DNA of 64,000 nucleotides from Eledone cirrhosa (Eukaryota). Below, piece by piece: positions 1 through 16,570 of the stretch. Location: assembly GCA_964016885.1 (NCBI GenBank), contig OZ024740.1, positions 199,516,001 to 199,580,000 on the forward strand. Reading direction: 5' to 3'. Each line of letters begins with the position of its first letter. The first letter of the stretch is position 1. A program made the translations under genes and the position numbers. Below the pieces are notes generated by a model, which saw only the letters and a program-made list of their open reading frames with translations, made no database searches and had not been told where the DNA came from.

Positions 1-34
1 CTGACGATAGCTACCAAGCTTGAAACTAGTACAG
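1..34 (+). ncRNA. Minimal type I hammerhead ribozyme motif; 5' strand of stem I lies off the window edge
   Basis: CTGACGA-t-AGCT-acca-AGCT-t-GAAA-ctag-TA-cag: consensus core, 4-bp stem II, palindromic stem III ACTAGT, cleavage triplet GUA. Confidence 0.6.
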
Positions 35-109
35 CGTTCCTTTGTCAGTGTTGAACAAACGAGCAACGGTGGTTGCTAGACACTACGGCTTAATACGGGA
101 TCTTTGTTT

Positions 110-300
110 ACAAACACACCGAGCATTATAATATATGTTTGGTGAATCCATACATACATATATATATATGTGTGCATGTATGTATATATATATATACATA
201 CAACTGTACGTCTGTATACATATATGTATGTACGTATACATACTTATATTTAAGTAACAGCCGTACTAAGAGTTGGAAATGAAATTTCGTTTCATTTTTT
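110..300. repeat. Dispersed repeat (probable PLE pLTR tail downstream of the HHR at 1-34); rearranged second copy at about 49575-49760
   Basis: 110-245 matches 49620-49760 directly; 255-300 is the reverse complement of 49575-49620. Confidence 0.6.
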
Positions 301-793
301 CCGTCTATAATATATATATATACGGAAATATTTCTTGATAACATCTACTATGACACCATATAGACTTCTATGGTCTCCAGCAGCTTATTAAAGAGCTAGG
401 GGCCTATGAATCCCAGTCTATTTCAGTATATATTCCTTACTTTAGATGCGAAAGAATGGACATTTAGCATTTCACAATGTTGTCGTGTTCGAACCATTAT
501 CCTGCTCTCGAATGTTTGCAATTATTGGAATTATTACATGATTCCTGTGTCTAATGATTGTTGATGTCTCTGCTGAATACAGGTGGTAGAATTGAAGCGG
601 TACATTTCGGGGCAGATTTTGTGTTCCCACAGTAAGAGATTTATACATTATTCAACGTATCGTGCCCAATGTGGGTTTTAAATTACTTTTTAAAACGTGC
701 GATGTTTCTAAATTCAACGAGTGAGCGGATAGTGACAGACCTTGAGGGTATCAACACGGATAGCTCATTATATTTACTTTAATTTATGAATAC

Positions 794-1149
<356 letters not shown>

Positions 1150-1817
1150 ATATATATATAAACATATATATTAACGGCCTCGCGGCCTTTGATCCGGCTT
1201 CCACTTTGCTCAAATAACTCACCTATTTTCATCTGTCATAATGTCCATTTTGTTTAGAAAAAAGATGTTAAAAGATATTAAAATATTTCATGACATACTG
1301 AAAAAAAATATGTCGAGTACCTAAATACAAAAAATACTAACGAAAATAATAGAAACATGTATTTTACAAAAATAATAAAAGTGTTATAGAAATTCAGTAT
1401 ATAGAATGATTTTAGAGTAGATAGGACTATAGGTCTGGCTCCCTCCCTGGCTATGTTACACGTGCATCTAAACTTTGTAAAATGTAATTTTAAATACATT
1501 TTATTATAGATTTTAAAAATTATTTCAAAAGTTTATATTTTATTTGCATGTTTTCGCTTATTAACTTTCTTAACTATTTATGATATATGCTTTTTAAATG
1601 TACTTAATTTATTTGTAACAGCATGGTTTTTATTTTTATTGCTTTTATCTGCTCCTATTTTTTATTGCATTTATCTGCATAAGATTTTTCCGCCTCTATT
1701 ACTTCATATAAACTATGATGCTTATCCTTATGTCTCCTCCTAAGGTTTTTGTGATAAAGTTTTGATCTTATATTTGTGTTTGACATTTGTTATGGCATTG
1801 AATGGCATTGTATATAT

Positions 1818-1921
<104 letters not shown>

Positions 1922-2159
1922 TGGGTTGTGCATCTTTTGTTGTTGTATGATACATGCGGGTCAGAACAAGGTAAGAAGAAGAAGCAATAGCAAGCTGAGC
2001 AGGAGAAGGTAGATTAGAATAAAACACATTAAACGAGATAAAACTTGTTTAAAAGTGGTTCACATTTCGTGCATACAATTTCGTTTTGGAGAATGTAGAA
2101 CTGTAGAACGATGGTTGTGTGGCAGTTAATGTTAGAAGCAAATTTGTAATACATACATG

Positions 2160-2258
<99 letters not shown>

Positions 2259-5072
2259 TATGTGTGTATATACATATACACACAAACACACACACATATA
2301 TATATATATATATAAATATATATATGCCTACATGCATACGTACATCCAGGATATTTTATTTTCTCATAGTGGATTGTTTAAATATATTTACGATGCGTTA
2401 ATTAAAGAGAGTGAAACCGATTTTAAACAATCAAATCCAATTATAGTTGTCTAAGTAACAAACCTGTATATTTCTAAACCGTATCCATTGTTTGTGCAGT
2501 CTCACAATCAAGCCTGTTTGCATGCGTGTGTGCGATGGTCTGTATGAATGTATCTGTGTGCGTGTGTGTGAACGTAATTGTATGTGTTTATGTGTGTACA
2601 CGTCACTTTTCGTTTGCGTGTCTGTCTTTGGTTCTCTGAGTCTCACTGTTGTGTCTCTGTTTCTGAGAATGACTGTGTGTATGTGCATCATGTTTAGAAT
2701 ATGTGCGTCTCTGTGTGCCTGTGACAGAGTTTATGTATGTTTCAATACAAAGCTTTTACTTGGGGTAATTTCGATGCTTAGATAAGTAAATCCTAATATC
2801 TTTATGTCTGTTTGTTCTGTTGCTATTAATTTAATATGATATTTCGCTTATTTATTCCACTTTACACACAATTACAAACAGAGACACATGTATTGTGAAA
2901 GTTATAACAATGTTGTCAATATATATTTAGATAATATCACATCTCGACATTGCACACATTTTGGCAAACACTATCACGGATAATCTGGAAAGAAATTCGA
3001 TTATTGGGCATCCTTTAAGGAACAATTATTACAGAATGTCCATAGAGATTGTATTGATCATTTCTGTGAGCATCTTACTGAAAAGTACGTCGATGAAGAA
3101 ATAAAATTTTAATCAGTGTTCAGAACAATGATATCTTTAGGTGAAATAGTATCTTACTCAGAGATCACCTGCTACAAAGCTAAACTAATTGGTAGAAATA
3201 CCAAATTAGAATTTCGTTGAAAACTAATGTTTTCAGCGATAACACCCGCAGTCTGCGTAAATCTTCAGAATCTTACTTTTCAGTGAGTAAACGACAGCAA
3301 CAGTGTATATGGGCGTTGTGGAGTTTGGAACAAAACACAAAAAATATTCTATTGCTTCTGGTGGTACTAACGTGACAAGATCATTACTAATTAAATCAAC
3401 CAGAATATCGGATCAAGAAAACAATGAAACTAAACAAATTGATACATAATACAGAAAATATTTATACAATTAATATATATAAACACATACATACATGCAT
3501 ACATACCTATATGTATATATGTGTGTATGTGTGTGTGTGTGTATGTGTGTGTGCGTGTATGTGTATATATATATATATAACATATATATGTGTGTACCTG
3601 GTTTAGTAATGGACCGTGTCTGGTGGAGAAATATGTGTTAAATAACATTGTGTTTAAACAAGTGTGTGATTAGTCAAAGCAACAGGTTTAACTTTGCGAT
3701 CCAACAAACTGATGGATCTTACCCAATAGCAATTCAATAGATAAATATATATGCAGTGAATAACTCGATCGTAAAGCAGAAAAACGGAACCAGCATCCCT
3801 TCTTATTTTGTTAAATCTTTATAATTATCTTAAACTTTGAATATGTATTTCTCAATAATTTGTTCACCTGAGATTCAAAAACATTGTTGTTACTGTTGTC
3901 TAATAGATCACTGTGATGAATCTACTACCAGAGAACGTTTAAACAAGAGCTTTTCAGTGAAATAATGATTAAAGCTAGAATACCAGAAGGTGAAAACAGG
4001 CACCATTAAGGACATTCTAAATCGCCGAGTATCAGCAAAATACGTCTTTAGATATTTTTTTCGTGTGATGATAACTAATAGATGACACGACCATTGGCAT
4101 GGCGTCCATTGTTCAGGGGAGTTTGGAGGAAGAATTCATCAATTTAAACAGCAGACTCTAATGCTTGGCCATACGGGACTGATGCGAGGGAGTGTGAACG
4201 AATCGTTATTTCCAAAGACTGACCCTAACGTTTGCAGCCATTTTGACTCGGCTAAAGATCAAGTAAGTAGGTGGCGTCCTATAGGGTAACGAAGTAAGTC
4301 CAATACAAGTTTAACTTTCCAGTTTTTGTTACACGACAGTCAACACATCATTTCCAATTTCAGTTGCTTCATTATATCGTCTCAAATTCCTGCTTTTGCT
4401 AGACATCACACACTGCAATTTCTCTTACACTGTACATCAAAATAGTGTAGATTTAACTAGAAGCTATTTTAGTAGTCCGCAAATGATAGGTGGTGTTTGC
4501 TCTAATTTTTTTGTGGAGCCCAATTTCAAATTGTGCTGATGATACATTTCTGTCGTATTTTGAGTAATATCAATATTCAAAGATTGTTGGTTCCATTTTA
4601 GAATAGTTTTACATGTAAAAGGGTCAGAATCGAATTTTGCAAAGTTTCATTCTGCGGGTCACATCACATGGCTTTCAATATCAGTTTTGCAGGAACATAA
4701 AGCCTGAACGCCAGATATTTCCACCAACAACGGTTAAGTGAGATACATACATGGCGTCCAATATATTGTCAGCTTATGATTTTCAACATGTTGCGATACG
4801 GTGCAGGTGTCTGATGCAGGTTTCACAAGCTTTTTACTGGATAAATGCGTTACATGCCAGAAAGGAGTCATGGTAGATTGGGACATCAATTTAGATATGA
4901 ACCACCATTATTTTCTTAATTGGCTGAGAAAGATCCTGTAAGTGTGTTGTGGTTTTCCAGAAATAGTGTTCTTCCTCGGGATAATATATGTTGAGTTTAT
5001 TTTACAGGTTTGAAATATTTTTTTATGCAAGTCATCTAAAAGAAATCATATGTAGTTATATTCATATATATA

Positions 5073-5261
5073 TAATTGTTTCTACTTTTGGCACAAGGCC
5101 AGCAATTACCCAGTACATTACTGGTACTTTATTTTATCGACCCCGTAAGGAGGAAAGGCAAAGTTAACCTCGACGGGATTTGAACTCAGATTGTAAAGAG
5201 ACGTAACTATGCTAGAAAGCAAGGCGTCCAAGCCTCTACCGATACTGCCAATTCACTACGC
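5073..5261 (-). mobile_element. tRNA-derived SINE, family S1 (Meta/MESC-like central domain)
   Basis: Reverse complement of the S1 consensus: A box TGGCAGTATCGG, B box GTTCAAATCC, body TTTGCCTTTCMTCC...GGGGTCGATAAAAT, tail GTAGAAACAATTA. Confidence 0.85.
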
Positions 5262-5399
5262 AATGAACACACACATTAATGCATATATGCTATGGTCCCG
5301 CAACTCCTGATAGAGTCATGAGTGGATCTTTGGCATTTAAGCGTGGTGAGCCATTCCTCCCCGGGTCTAAGTACGGCGAATTTCTTCCAGAGAGATGAA

Positions 5400-5555
5400 G
5401 AATCGATCACAGTACTAAAACGGTACATTTTTTATCCACCTCTAAATGAATTAAAGGCAAAGTTCACCTCGGTGGTATTTGAACTCAAAGAGCAGTGAGC
5501 CGGCTCGAATACAATAATGCATTGTATCCGACGTTCGAACGACTCTGCCAATTCT
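5400..5555 (-). mobile_element. Older diverged SINE related to S1
   Basis: aaaggcaaagttcacctcggtggtatttgaactca...ctctgccaattc resembles the S1 head and body. Confidence 0.55.
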
Positions 5556-5716
5556 ATGCAGAAGAATATATATGTGTGTGTGTGTCTGTGTGCCTGTGTC
5601 TGTGTCTGTGTGTGTGTGTGTGTGTGGGTGTGTGCTTGCGTGCGTCCATATATATATTTATATATATATAATAATAAATTAGACAATTATCAAAGTTGTG
5701 TTCAAAACAGTTAATA

Positions 5717-5761
5717 GCTGACAAACGTTTCTTCCAAACTTTCGTTTGGAATCATCGGAGC
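5717..5761 (-). ncRNA. Hammerhead-like motif, U4C core variant
   Basis: rc: GCT-CCGATGA-TTCCAAAC-gaaa-GTTTGGAA-GAAA-cgtttg-TC-AGC; 8-bp stem II, 3-bp stem I, GUC triplet. Confidence 0.6.
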
Positions 5762-6035
5762 ATTATCAATATTTGTACATATAATTAACCACCTATTCAA
5801 CTGAACAATGCCTCTTTAATTATTAGACTATTCTCTTGTATTATCTGTTGCATGTATTCCACTCTGTGCTTTTAATTTTAATTTTAATTTTAATTATTGT
5901 ACAATTCTCGTATAATATATGTCGCATCCAGTACAACCTGTAAATACGAAACTGTTGCTCTCAACATCAATATATATGTATCTATAGGATTGTTCAGTTG
6001 AATAGGAGCTTAATTATATGTACAAACATTGATAT

Positions 6036-6077
6036 GCTCCGATGACGCCAAACGAAAGTTTGGAAGAAACGATTGTT
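6036..6077 (+). ncRNA. Degenerate hammerhead-like motif (U4C) whose 3' end is disrupted by a short tandem repeat
   Basis: gct-CCGATGA-cgccaaac-gaaa-gtttggaa-GAAA-cgattg-tt; the unit aagaaacgattgttt is repeated about three times over 6064-6112. Confidence 0.45.
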
Positions 6078-6298
6078 TGTAAGAAACGATTGTTTGGAAG
6101 AAACGGTTGTTATTAAATGATTTGAACACAACTTTGATAACTGTCTAATTTATTTTCCTGCTCTGTAAAACACCTGATGTTCTTACATTGAGCTATTTCT
6201 CTTACTGGTAATAAGGTAGTATGAAATTACTGACCTCTCCTGTTTATAGTTGTTTATAGTATATACATAACTATAAATATTATTATTATTATTATGTA

Positions 6299-6487
6299 GG
6301 GCAGTGGATTGGCAGTATCATTAGAGGGTCGGACGCCATGCTTTCCAGCATAGTTACGTCCCTTTACGATCTGAGTTCAAATCCCGCCCAGGTTGACTTT
6401 GCCTTCCATCCTTACGGGGTCGATAACATAAAGTATCAGTAATGCACTGGGTAATTGCTGGCCTTGTGCCTTAAGTAGAAACAATTA
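6299..6487 (+). mobile_element. SINE S1, full length
   Basis: GGGCAGTGGATTGGCAGTATC...GTTCAAATCCCGCC...GTAGAAACAATTA, inserted in (TTA)n. Confidence 0.9.
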
Positions 6488-6974
6488 TTATTATTATTAT
6501 TATTATATATTTATATATACATATATTTATATATATGTAGAGAAAACGGCCATCTCTTCAACGAATTCCCTGCTATTATGAACTACCGCAAATTGTAGGT
6601 TACTGGCCAGTTTAATAACTGAACAGGCTTTGTTTAGGTGACCTTTTCAAAACCATTCGCATGTGGTATGGTTTAGCAGTGCATTGTCAAAAAAGGCTGC
6701 TCAGACATTCATCATCCCGCCGAAGCATGTTGCTGTTCAATATATCAGTGCAGCGACTTCAGGATATAACTGAAGTCGGCTACATGTAGATTTGTGAATA
6801 TCTGCTTTATAACCAGCCGTGTCTTCACACTTTGCTACTCCTCCACCTCTGCTGAACTTGTGAATAAATGTCTGTACATAAAGATTGTAATGCTACGTGC
6901 CTAGCAACCACTCAATTCCCGCAGCTATGTATCTAGTGATATAAAAAAGAGGATCGTATGTGTTATTATCATAG

Positions 6975-7260
6975 AATTTCACCTCTCCAGGGTGTGTAGC
7001 CGTACTCACCATGGTTGGTCAATTGCAGGTTGATGAGGCTATTCAACCCATAGTTGAGCTGGATGCCCGTTGACTCTATGAAGTGTATCCACCCTTTGAC
7101 AAATCTTTTATTCGTGCTGGTGGGTTTCCACTTACCCTCATCACCAGACCAGGGTCTGGTTATAGAGCCTATTAGTCGCCGAGCACTTGGCCATGATACA
7201 GTGTGTATTGGGTTAAATGGTACCCGCAAAAGGTAGATAGCTGTTCCCAGAATAAATGGA
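6975..7260 (-). mobile_element. Probable 5' UTR fragment of an RTE-clade LINE
   Basis: 7168-7224 is homologous to 50926-50985 (ttagtcgcc...ccatga.acag..tgta.tggg...atg.tacc), which lies in an RTE-like 5' region. Confidence 0.35.
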
Positions 7261-7505
7261 CTAACCAATGTTTAACGTATTGTGTACATTGTGAATTGCG
7301 GTTTCGTAATTACAACATGCGATTTCTGTAATTCCATAGAGAGAATATTTAGCGGGCGAGCTATAGATAATCTAAACGAATAACTTAAACTTCATTCATA
7401 TATATGTTTACATATATATACACGCACACACATACAAACATACATACACACACATCTCCACATCTCTCTTCCCCTCTCTCTCTAATTATATATATATATA
7501 TAAAT

Positions 7506-7688
7506 GGCGGTGGATTGGCAGTATCGGTAGAGGGTCGGACGCCATGCTTTCCAGCATAGTTACGTCCCTTTACGATCTGAGTTCTAATCCCGCCGAGGTT
7601 GACTTTGCCTTTCATCCTTAGGGGGTCGATAAAATAAAGTACCAGTAATGTACTTGGTATTTGCTGGCCTTGTGCCTAAAGTAGAAAC

Positions 7689-7693
<5 letters not shown>
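7506..7693 (+). mobile_element. SINE S1, full length
   Basis: Matches the S1 consensus end to end; flanked by (TA)n. Confidence 0.9.
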
Positions 7694-7730
<37 letters not shown>

Positions 7731-7910
7731 GGATATGTGTTCCTACACGCACAAGGCGCTAAGGGACGCATGTATTGTCCAGCCAAATGCCAATGTGGTT
7801 CAATGGCAGGTTAATAAATTAACGAGCCAGAACATATATAATCAAGGTTTAGCAAATAATGAAAAAGTTTCAAAATAAATTTTAAAAAATTGACTTTACC
7901 TACTATAGTT

Positions 7911-7993
7911 ACCTTTACCGATCGGTTTCGAATTTCAAAAATAAACGGAGACCATACGGCCTTCATTGCAAAGAAAGATTCTCTTCAGAAGGT
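7911..7993 (-). ncRNA. Type I hammerhead ribozyme, canonical core
   Basis: rc: ACCTT-CTGAAGA-GAATCTT...GAAATTC-GAAA-ccgatcgg-TA-AAGGT; 5-bp stem I, palindromic stem III ACCGATCGGT, GUA triplet. Confidence 0.8.
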
Positions 7994-8331
7994 TCTTTTC
8001 ATTCGAAGAATATAAAATTCTTGAATTTAAATTACGAACTAGCGCTATCCAAAACTGTTCCCGAGATACATGCGTCCCTTAGCGCCTTGTGCGTGTAGGA
8101 ACACATATCCTATTATTAAAATTCTCCTCTATGTTGAGAAAAAAATTTGGTCGTTCCGACTGCTGCTAGTGATGGTGGCGGCCGATTTGACCTACCTCCC
8201 TCTGCCTCTATATTTACTTCGGCCCTTGAAAAAATTGATTCCACTTCATTCACTCTCATCTCGGGAACAATTTTGGATAGTGCTAGTTCGTAATTTAAAT
8301 TCAAGAATGTTATATTCTTCGAATGAAAAGA

Positions 8332-8413
8332 ACCTTCTGACGAGAATCTTTCTTTGCAATGAAGGCCGTATGGTCTCCGTTTATTTTTGAGATTCGAAAC
8401 CGATCGTAAAGGT
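8332..8413 (+). ncRNA. Type I hammerhead ribozyme, canonical core (one base lost in stem III)
   Basis: ACCTT-CTGACGA-GAATCT...AGATTC-GAAA-ccgatcg-TA-AAGGT. Confidence 0.75.
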
Positions 8414-8480
8414 AACTATAGTAGGTAAAGTCAAATTTTTAAAATTTATTTTGAAATTTTTCATTATTTGCTAAACCTTG

Positions 8481-11700
<3,220 letters not shown>

Positions 11701-11832
11701 TCTTGACTCTGTATTCCGTTCATCTTTCACCGAAAGTGATTTTTCATTGCATCTCTTCTTTCCATGATATCCGGATTACATTGAGTTCTTCATACGGATT
11801 GGACACTACCGTAATCTCTTGGTAGATTTATC

Positions 11833-11899
<67 letters not shown>

Positions 11900-11978
11900 T
11901 TCTCAGGAACGACTCAGGTGGTATCCTTTCTATTCGGTAATCTTCGTTCCATAATTATATATATATATAAATATATAT

Positions 11979-12080
<102 letters not shown>

Positions 12081-12252
12081 ATAGACATACATATATATAC
12101 ATATATATATAGAGAGAGAGATAGTTATATACATGTATATAGATACATCTACATACATATATATATATGTATATATATATATACATATATAGAGATTTAT
12201 ATATATATGTATATATAATATAAGATCAAAAGATGGTTAAAAGAGTTCCAAG

Positions 12253-12323
12253 TATTTTATTATGCGCATTTCAAAAACAAATATCATCATGAGATGATAT
12301 CTTGGTTTTCATCAGATAAAATA
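12253..12323 (-). ncRNA. Type I hammerhead ribozyme, canonical core
   Basis: rc: TATTTTAT-CTGATGA-aaaccaaGATATCATC-tcat-GATGATATTtgttttt-GAAA-tgcgca-TA-ATAAAATA; 8-bp stem I, long stem II, palindromic stem III ATGCGCAT, AUA triplet. Confidence 0.85.
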
Positions 12324-12454
12324 GGGAGACATGATATGAAGGTTAAAAAACACTTGTGAATAGTGAAGTTTTAAATCAACATATAATATTACATTATATT
12401 ATATATACTATTATATTATATTATATTATATATATATTATATTATATATATAAT

Positions 12455-12645
12455 GGCGGTGGATTGGCAGTATCGGTAGAGGTTCGGACGCCATGCTTTG
12501 ACGCATAGAGTTACGGCCCTTGCCATTCTGAGTTCAAATCCCGCCGAGGTTAACTTTGCCTTTCATCCTTACGGGGTCGATAAAATAAAGTACCAGTAAT
12601 GTACTGGGTAATTTTCTGGCCTTGTGCCAATAGTAGAAACAATTA
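12455..12645 (+). mobile_element. SINE S1, full length
   Basis: Matches the S1 consensus end to end. Confidence 0.9.
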
Positions 12646-12767
12646 TATTATATTATATATAATATTACATCTTATATTATTTATACTCCAGTCCTACAAA
12701 CTGTAGAGTGCTACTTATCCGATATGTGCATTGCTTTATTGTACTACAATAAAACTCACCTCCTACA

Positions 12768-12828
<61 letters not shown>

Positions 12829-12874
12829 GTTATTCCGGGTTGAATCGGAGGTAACCACAGTAAGTAAGGTACTC

Positions 12875-12925
12875 AGATTCCTGGTGATTTCTAAAAAATG
12901 AAACAGTTCTAGTCCTGTAGAATCT
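12875..12925 (+). ncRNA. Degenerate hammerhead motif (A6G), same family as 38339-38391
   Basis: AGATTC-CTGGTGA-tttctaaaaaat-GAAA-cagttctagtcctg-TA-GAATCT; 6-bp stem I retained. Confidence 0.6.
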
Positions 12926-12961
12926 CATCTATATATATATATAAATATATATATATATATT

Positions 12962-12992
<31 letters not shown>

Positions 12993-12993
12993 T

Positions 12994-13102
<109 letters not shown>

Positions 13103-14049
13103 ATATATATGTACCTACATATATGCATGTTTGTATGTGCATGTTATAATCTTTTACTAGTTTAATTATGCATATATGTATTCATACGTATGATGAATTG
13201 TTGTTTATTGCACGAGATACATATCATCAATGTATGGAGCTGTGAAAATGTTAGTAATTACGGACAACTGCATTAATGTACGCTATCGCTTCCTTCACTG
13301 ATAAATACGTGGTACATTTTGTGAACAAATATATACAGCCACCTCATATACATACATACATAGATGGCCATACACACACACACACATATCTCTCTCTGTC
13401 ATTTATATATATATAAATATATATATATATATAGTTTTGAGTGGTTTTTGCTATTAAATCGTCTGTCAAAACAAATATTGTTATACATGGGGATTGTCAT
13501 ATTTGTGTAATAATATTGCCAGAATTAATAACAGAACGACAGACACAGCAGCAGCGACTACAGTAGTTATAATGGAAATAATACGAGTAACAACAACAAC
13601 AACCACAGTAGTAATAACGGTAATAATACGAGTAACAACAACAACAACCACAGTGGTAATTATATAAATAATACATGTAGCAACTTTAATGATGACACAA
13701 CAACAACAACACAAACAAGCAACATAATAAAAGTAACAACCACAATGGTAGAAATAACAGTAACAACAACAATAACGGTGGAGAAAACAACAACAATACA
13801 TCTAACAATCGCAGCAACAATACATCTAGCAATCATAACAATAATAATAATGCTAATGATAGGAACAACAACAACACCATAATAACAATAATAGCAACAC
13901 ACACAACTATGACGATAGATATAATGACAACCCCTTAGAGAAACTATTCTTCAATCCAGCTTACAAAGCATATAAGATGGGTAATATCTATCCTACGAGG
14001 TTACCCTTTAATAAAATGGTTTGTATACCACAACAAATAGATGACAAAA

Positions 14050-16300
14050 CAGAGGCACAGTTCACCATAACTAGAAATAAGATTAGACAAATAGTAGACC
14101 GGTATACTAAGTGACAAAGCAGACCAGAGGCCCAACAACTTGGGAGGAAACCTGTAGAAGGGTTGGTTAGCCTCAAGCAGAGCACAAGGGATGGTGAGGT
14201 AGTATGTCTACCCACGGATAAGTCTGGTAGGATGTCAATAGACAGCATGCCGAACTACATCAAGGCTATGCAACCCACATCACCAACACGAGCGAAATTG
14301 CACAGCAAACACATGATGGGAGAGAGAAAATCCTCAACGCTCACATGATTATGTGGACTTATATTCTAAAGCCAAGCAGACGCACTGCCAACAACTTCCA
14401 GGCGTCTAACAATGGCATACCACCCTTGTATGGGCTCCGCAAAAATCATAAGAAAGTCGAAGACCCGACAACAGGACCACCAGCAAGACCTGTATGCGGA
14501 GCAAATATAGCTAGCAACTACAGGATCTTCTACTTCCTCTCAATGGTTATACGCCTCATAATCAAGATGTCCCCAGATGTATGTGACAGTGCAGAGGACC
14601 TCCTCAGCAGAATCAGTGAGTTCAACAAAAACAAAAACCTATCCAACTTCATAATAAGCAGTATGGATGTGGTATCACTGTACCCATCCATTAACATTGA
14701 TTTTGCTGTGGAAAAATGTGTGGAGATGATCATCGAGAGTGAGGTGGAGTTCTGCGACGTCGATACTGACGAACTGGGCCTCCTACTTACACTGACCTAT
14801 GACACTGAATACCTAGACAGCCATGACCTTAGACGTTTGTGCCCCAGTAGACCCATAAGAGGTAGACCCCCCCCCATAACCTCAACGGTAAAAAAGACTC
14901 CCATGGGAAGGTGGATTGTGTGGACCAAAGCTATACGGACCACCCAAAACAATGATCAGGTAAGAAAAATGGTCGCACATGCAATAGGGGCTAGTATCAA
15001 AACTACAAAACTACCCTAAAGGGTCACATATTCAAATTCAACGAGAAGATATACACCCACAATGAGGGAGCAGCCATTGGCGTCAGCATAGCTGGTGACG
15101 TTGCCTACCTTGTTATGGTATGGTGGGAAAGGAGACTCAAAGATCTCCTTGATGAGAGCTCCATAGACCTCATCATGTACTCTCGTTATGTAGACGACAT
15201 CAATATAGTAATAAGGACATCCCCACAAGAGAGTACTAACAAGTTTGATTTAGAACGTAGCACGATGGAACGCATCCAGCAGATAGCTAATTCCATGCAC
15301 CAGAGTATAACTGTAACTATCGGTTACCGTTCCAAACGCCCTAACAATAGACTACCTGTATTAGACACGGAACTCTGGACTAACACTATAGACGAGAGAG
15401 CCCAAATTATCCACTCACACTACGCTGAACCCATGGCCACCAAATACCTGATACTCAAAAACTCAGCAATTTCCAGTAGTGCTAAGTTTAATACTCCGAT
15501 CGCAGACTTGTTACGAGTGATGAAGAACGTGTCCCTCATGTGCGACCCAACAGAATTGGAAAGACACATCCAAAACTTCATCAACCGCATGCAGTTCACT
15601 GGCTACAACCAAAGAGACAGAATCAGAGTATACGAAGGAGCCACGGAGAAGTTTAAGACCCTCATAGAACTAGGCATGAAATGAATTTACCCATTATACA
15701 GGAGCAAATCCTGGAATAGATTAGATAGGACTAGACATAAGATAGGGAAAGCCCCCTCATGGTACGACAACCAGAGATACCAGAGTGTCATTTTTATGGA
15801 CGCTACCCCTGGAGGGAAATTAGCTAACCAGTGTAGAATGGCCCTGAGAAAGACCCACTTAAAGATTAAGGTGGTAGAAAAGCCAGGAACCAACATAAAA
15901 TCGCTGATCAGCAAAATCTACCCGTTTAAGAAGACCCACTGTACTAATAGGAAATGTATTACATGTAAAGTAAACCCCCGGATAAACTGTAAGACTAGAA
16001 ACGTAGTCTGTAGCATAAGATGTACAGGGGGTACTTGCAGAAACATGACAACAACATACATGTGCGAGACAGCTCGTAGCATAGTTGAAAGGATAGACCA
16101 ACAGTGGGGGGAACTAAAAGGACGAAAAAACGGTTCAGTACTATAGGAACATGCCAGACAACAACACGACGGTAACATAGACAACATAGAAATTAAAATA
16201 ATATCTAAATATAGAAATGACCCATCAGATAGGCAAATCAGAGAGGCCAGCGAAATAGAACTTAGAAGGCCAATGCTAAACAGAAAAAAATGAATGGAAT
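14050..16300 (+). pseudogene. PLE reverse transcriptase + C-terminal GIY-YIG endonuclease, with frameshifts and stops
   Basis: Motifs PTDKSG, PPLYGLRKNHK, RPVCGA, SMDVVSLYPSI, GAAIG, YSRYVDD, LPVLD, Cys-rich linker, NVVCSIRC...YMCETARSIVER, LNRK, across ORFs 14163-14348, 14345-15019, 15115-15684 and 15796-16146. Confidence 0.88.
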
Positions 16301-16570
16301 AACAACAACACCCATACAAACAATACTGACCTAGGAGAAGTATACATAAATAAATAAATAAATAAATACACAAGCACAATAACAACAAACACATATAAAC
16401 ACACAGTAGTAAACTAAGATATAATACAATAACGAATACACAGTCACCCAAACACAATACACAGACGCAAAGGCATACGCAGAGAAGAAGGCAAAAATAA
16501 ATAAATAAATAAACAGACGAAATAAAGGTGGCGTAGGCATACAATACAACAGGAGGAAACATAATAGCAC

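Larger units (their letters stand above)
5672..6240. mobile_element. ORF-less inverted pair of PLE pLTR fragments
   Basis: About 5672-5810 is an inverted copy of about 5988-6155; both arms carry an HHR-like motif; 6150-6240 resembles the PLE 3' end at 36297-36385. Confidence 0.7.
7727..8485. mobile_element. Compound inverted PLE pLTR insertion with two HHRs
   Basis: 7727-7775 is the rc of 8066-8115; 7836-8066 is the rc of 8259-8485; bounded by (TA)n on both sides. Confidence 0.75.

Noticed and set aside
2980-3112. Short open stretch SGKKFDYWASFKEQLL...
   Set aside because: Bounded by stops, no clear splice signals and no recognisable family.
3230-3272. CTGAAGA...GAAA on the minus strand
   Set aside because: GAAA is not adjacent to the stem, and no stem I or III is in register.
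4082-4262. Possible plus-strand exon ending at a GTAAGT donor
   Set aside because: From the upstream acceptor all three frames hit stops; an internal acceptor leaves one open frame with no recognisable homology.
6299-6390. tRNA gene-like A and B boxes (also at 41246-41305)
   Set aside because: These are SINE heads followed by SINE bodies, with no proper cloverleaf or terminator.
13550-13930. Cys/Val-rich ORFs on the minus strand
   Set aside because: (ACA/ATA)n low-complexity tract at the start of PLE-1.
14050-16300. In-frame stops in PLE ORFs as selenocysteine recoding (known for some Naiad PLEs)
   Set aside because: The endonuclease is C-terminal here, and the stops are of mixed type and accompanied by frameshifts, consistent with decay.
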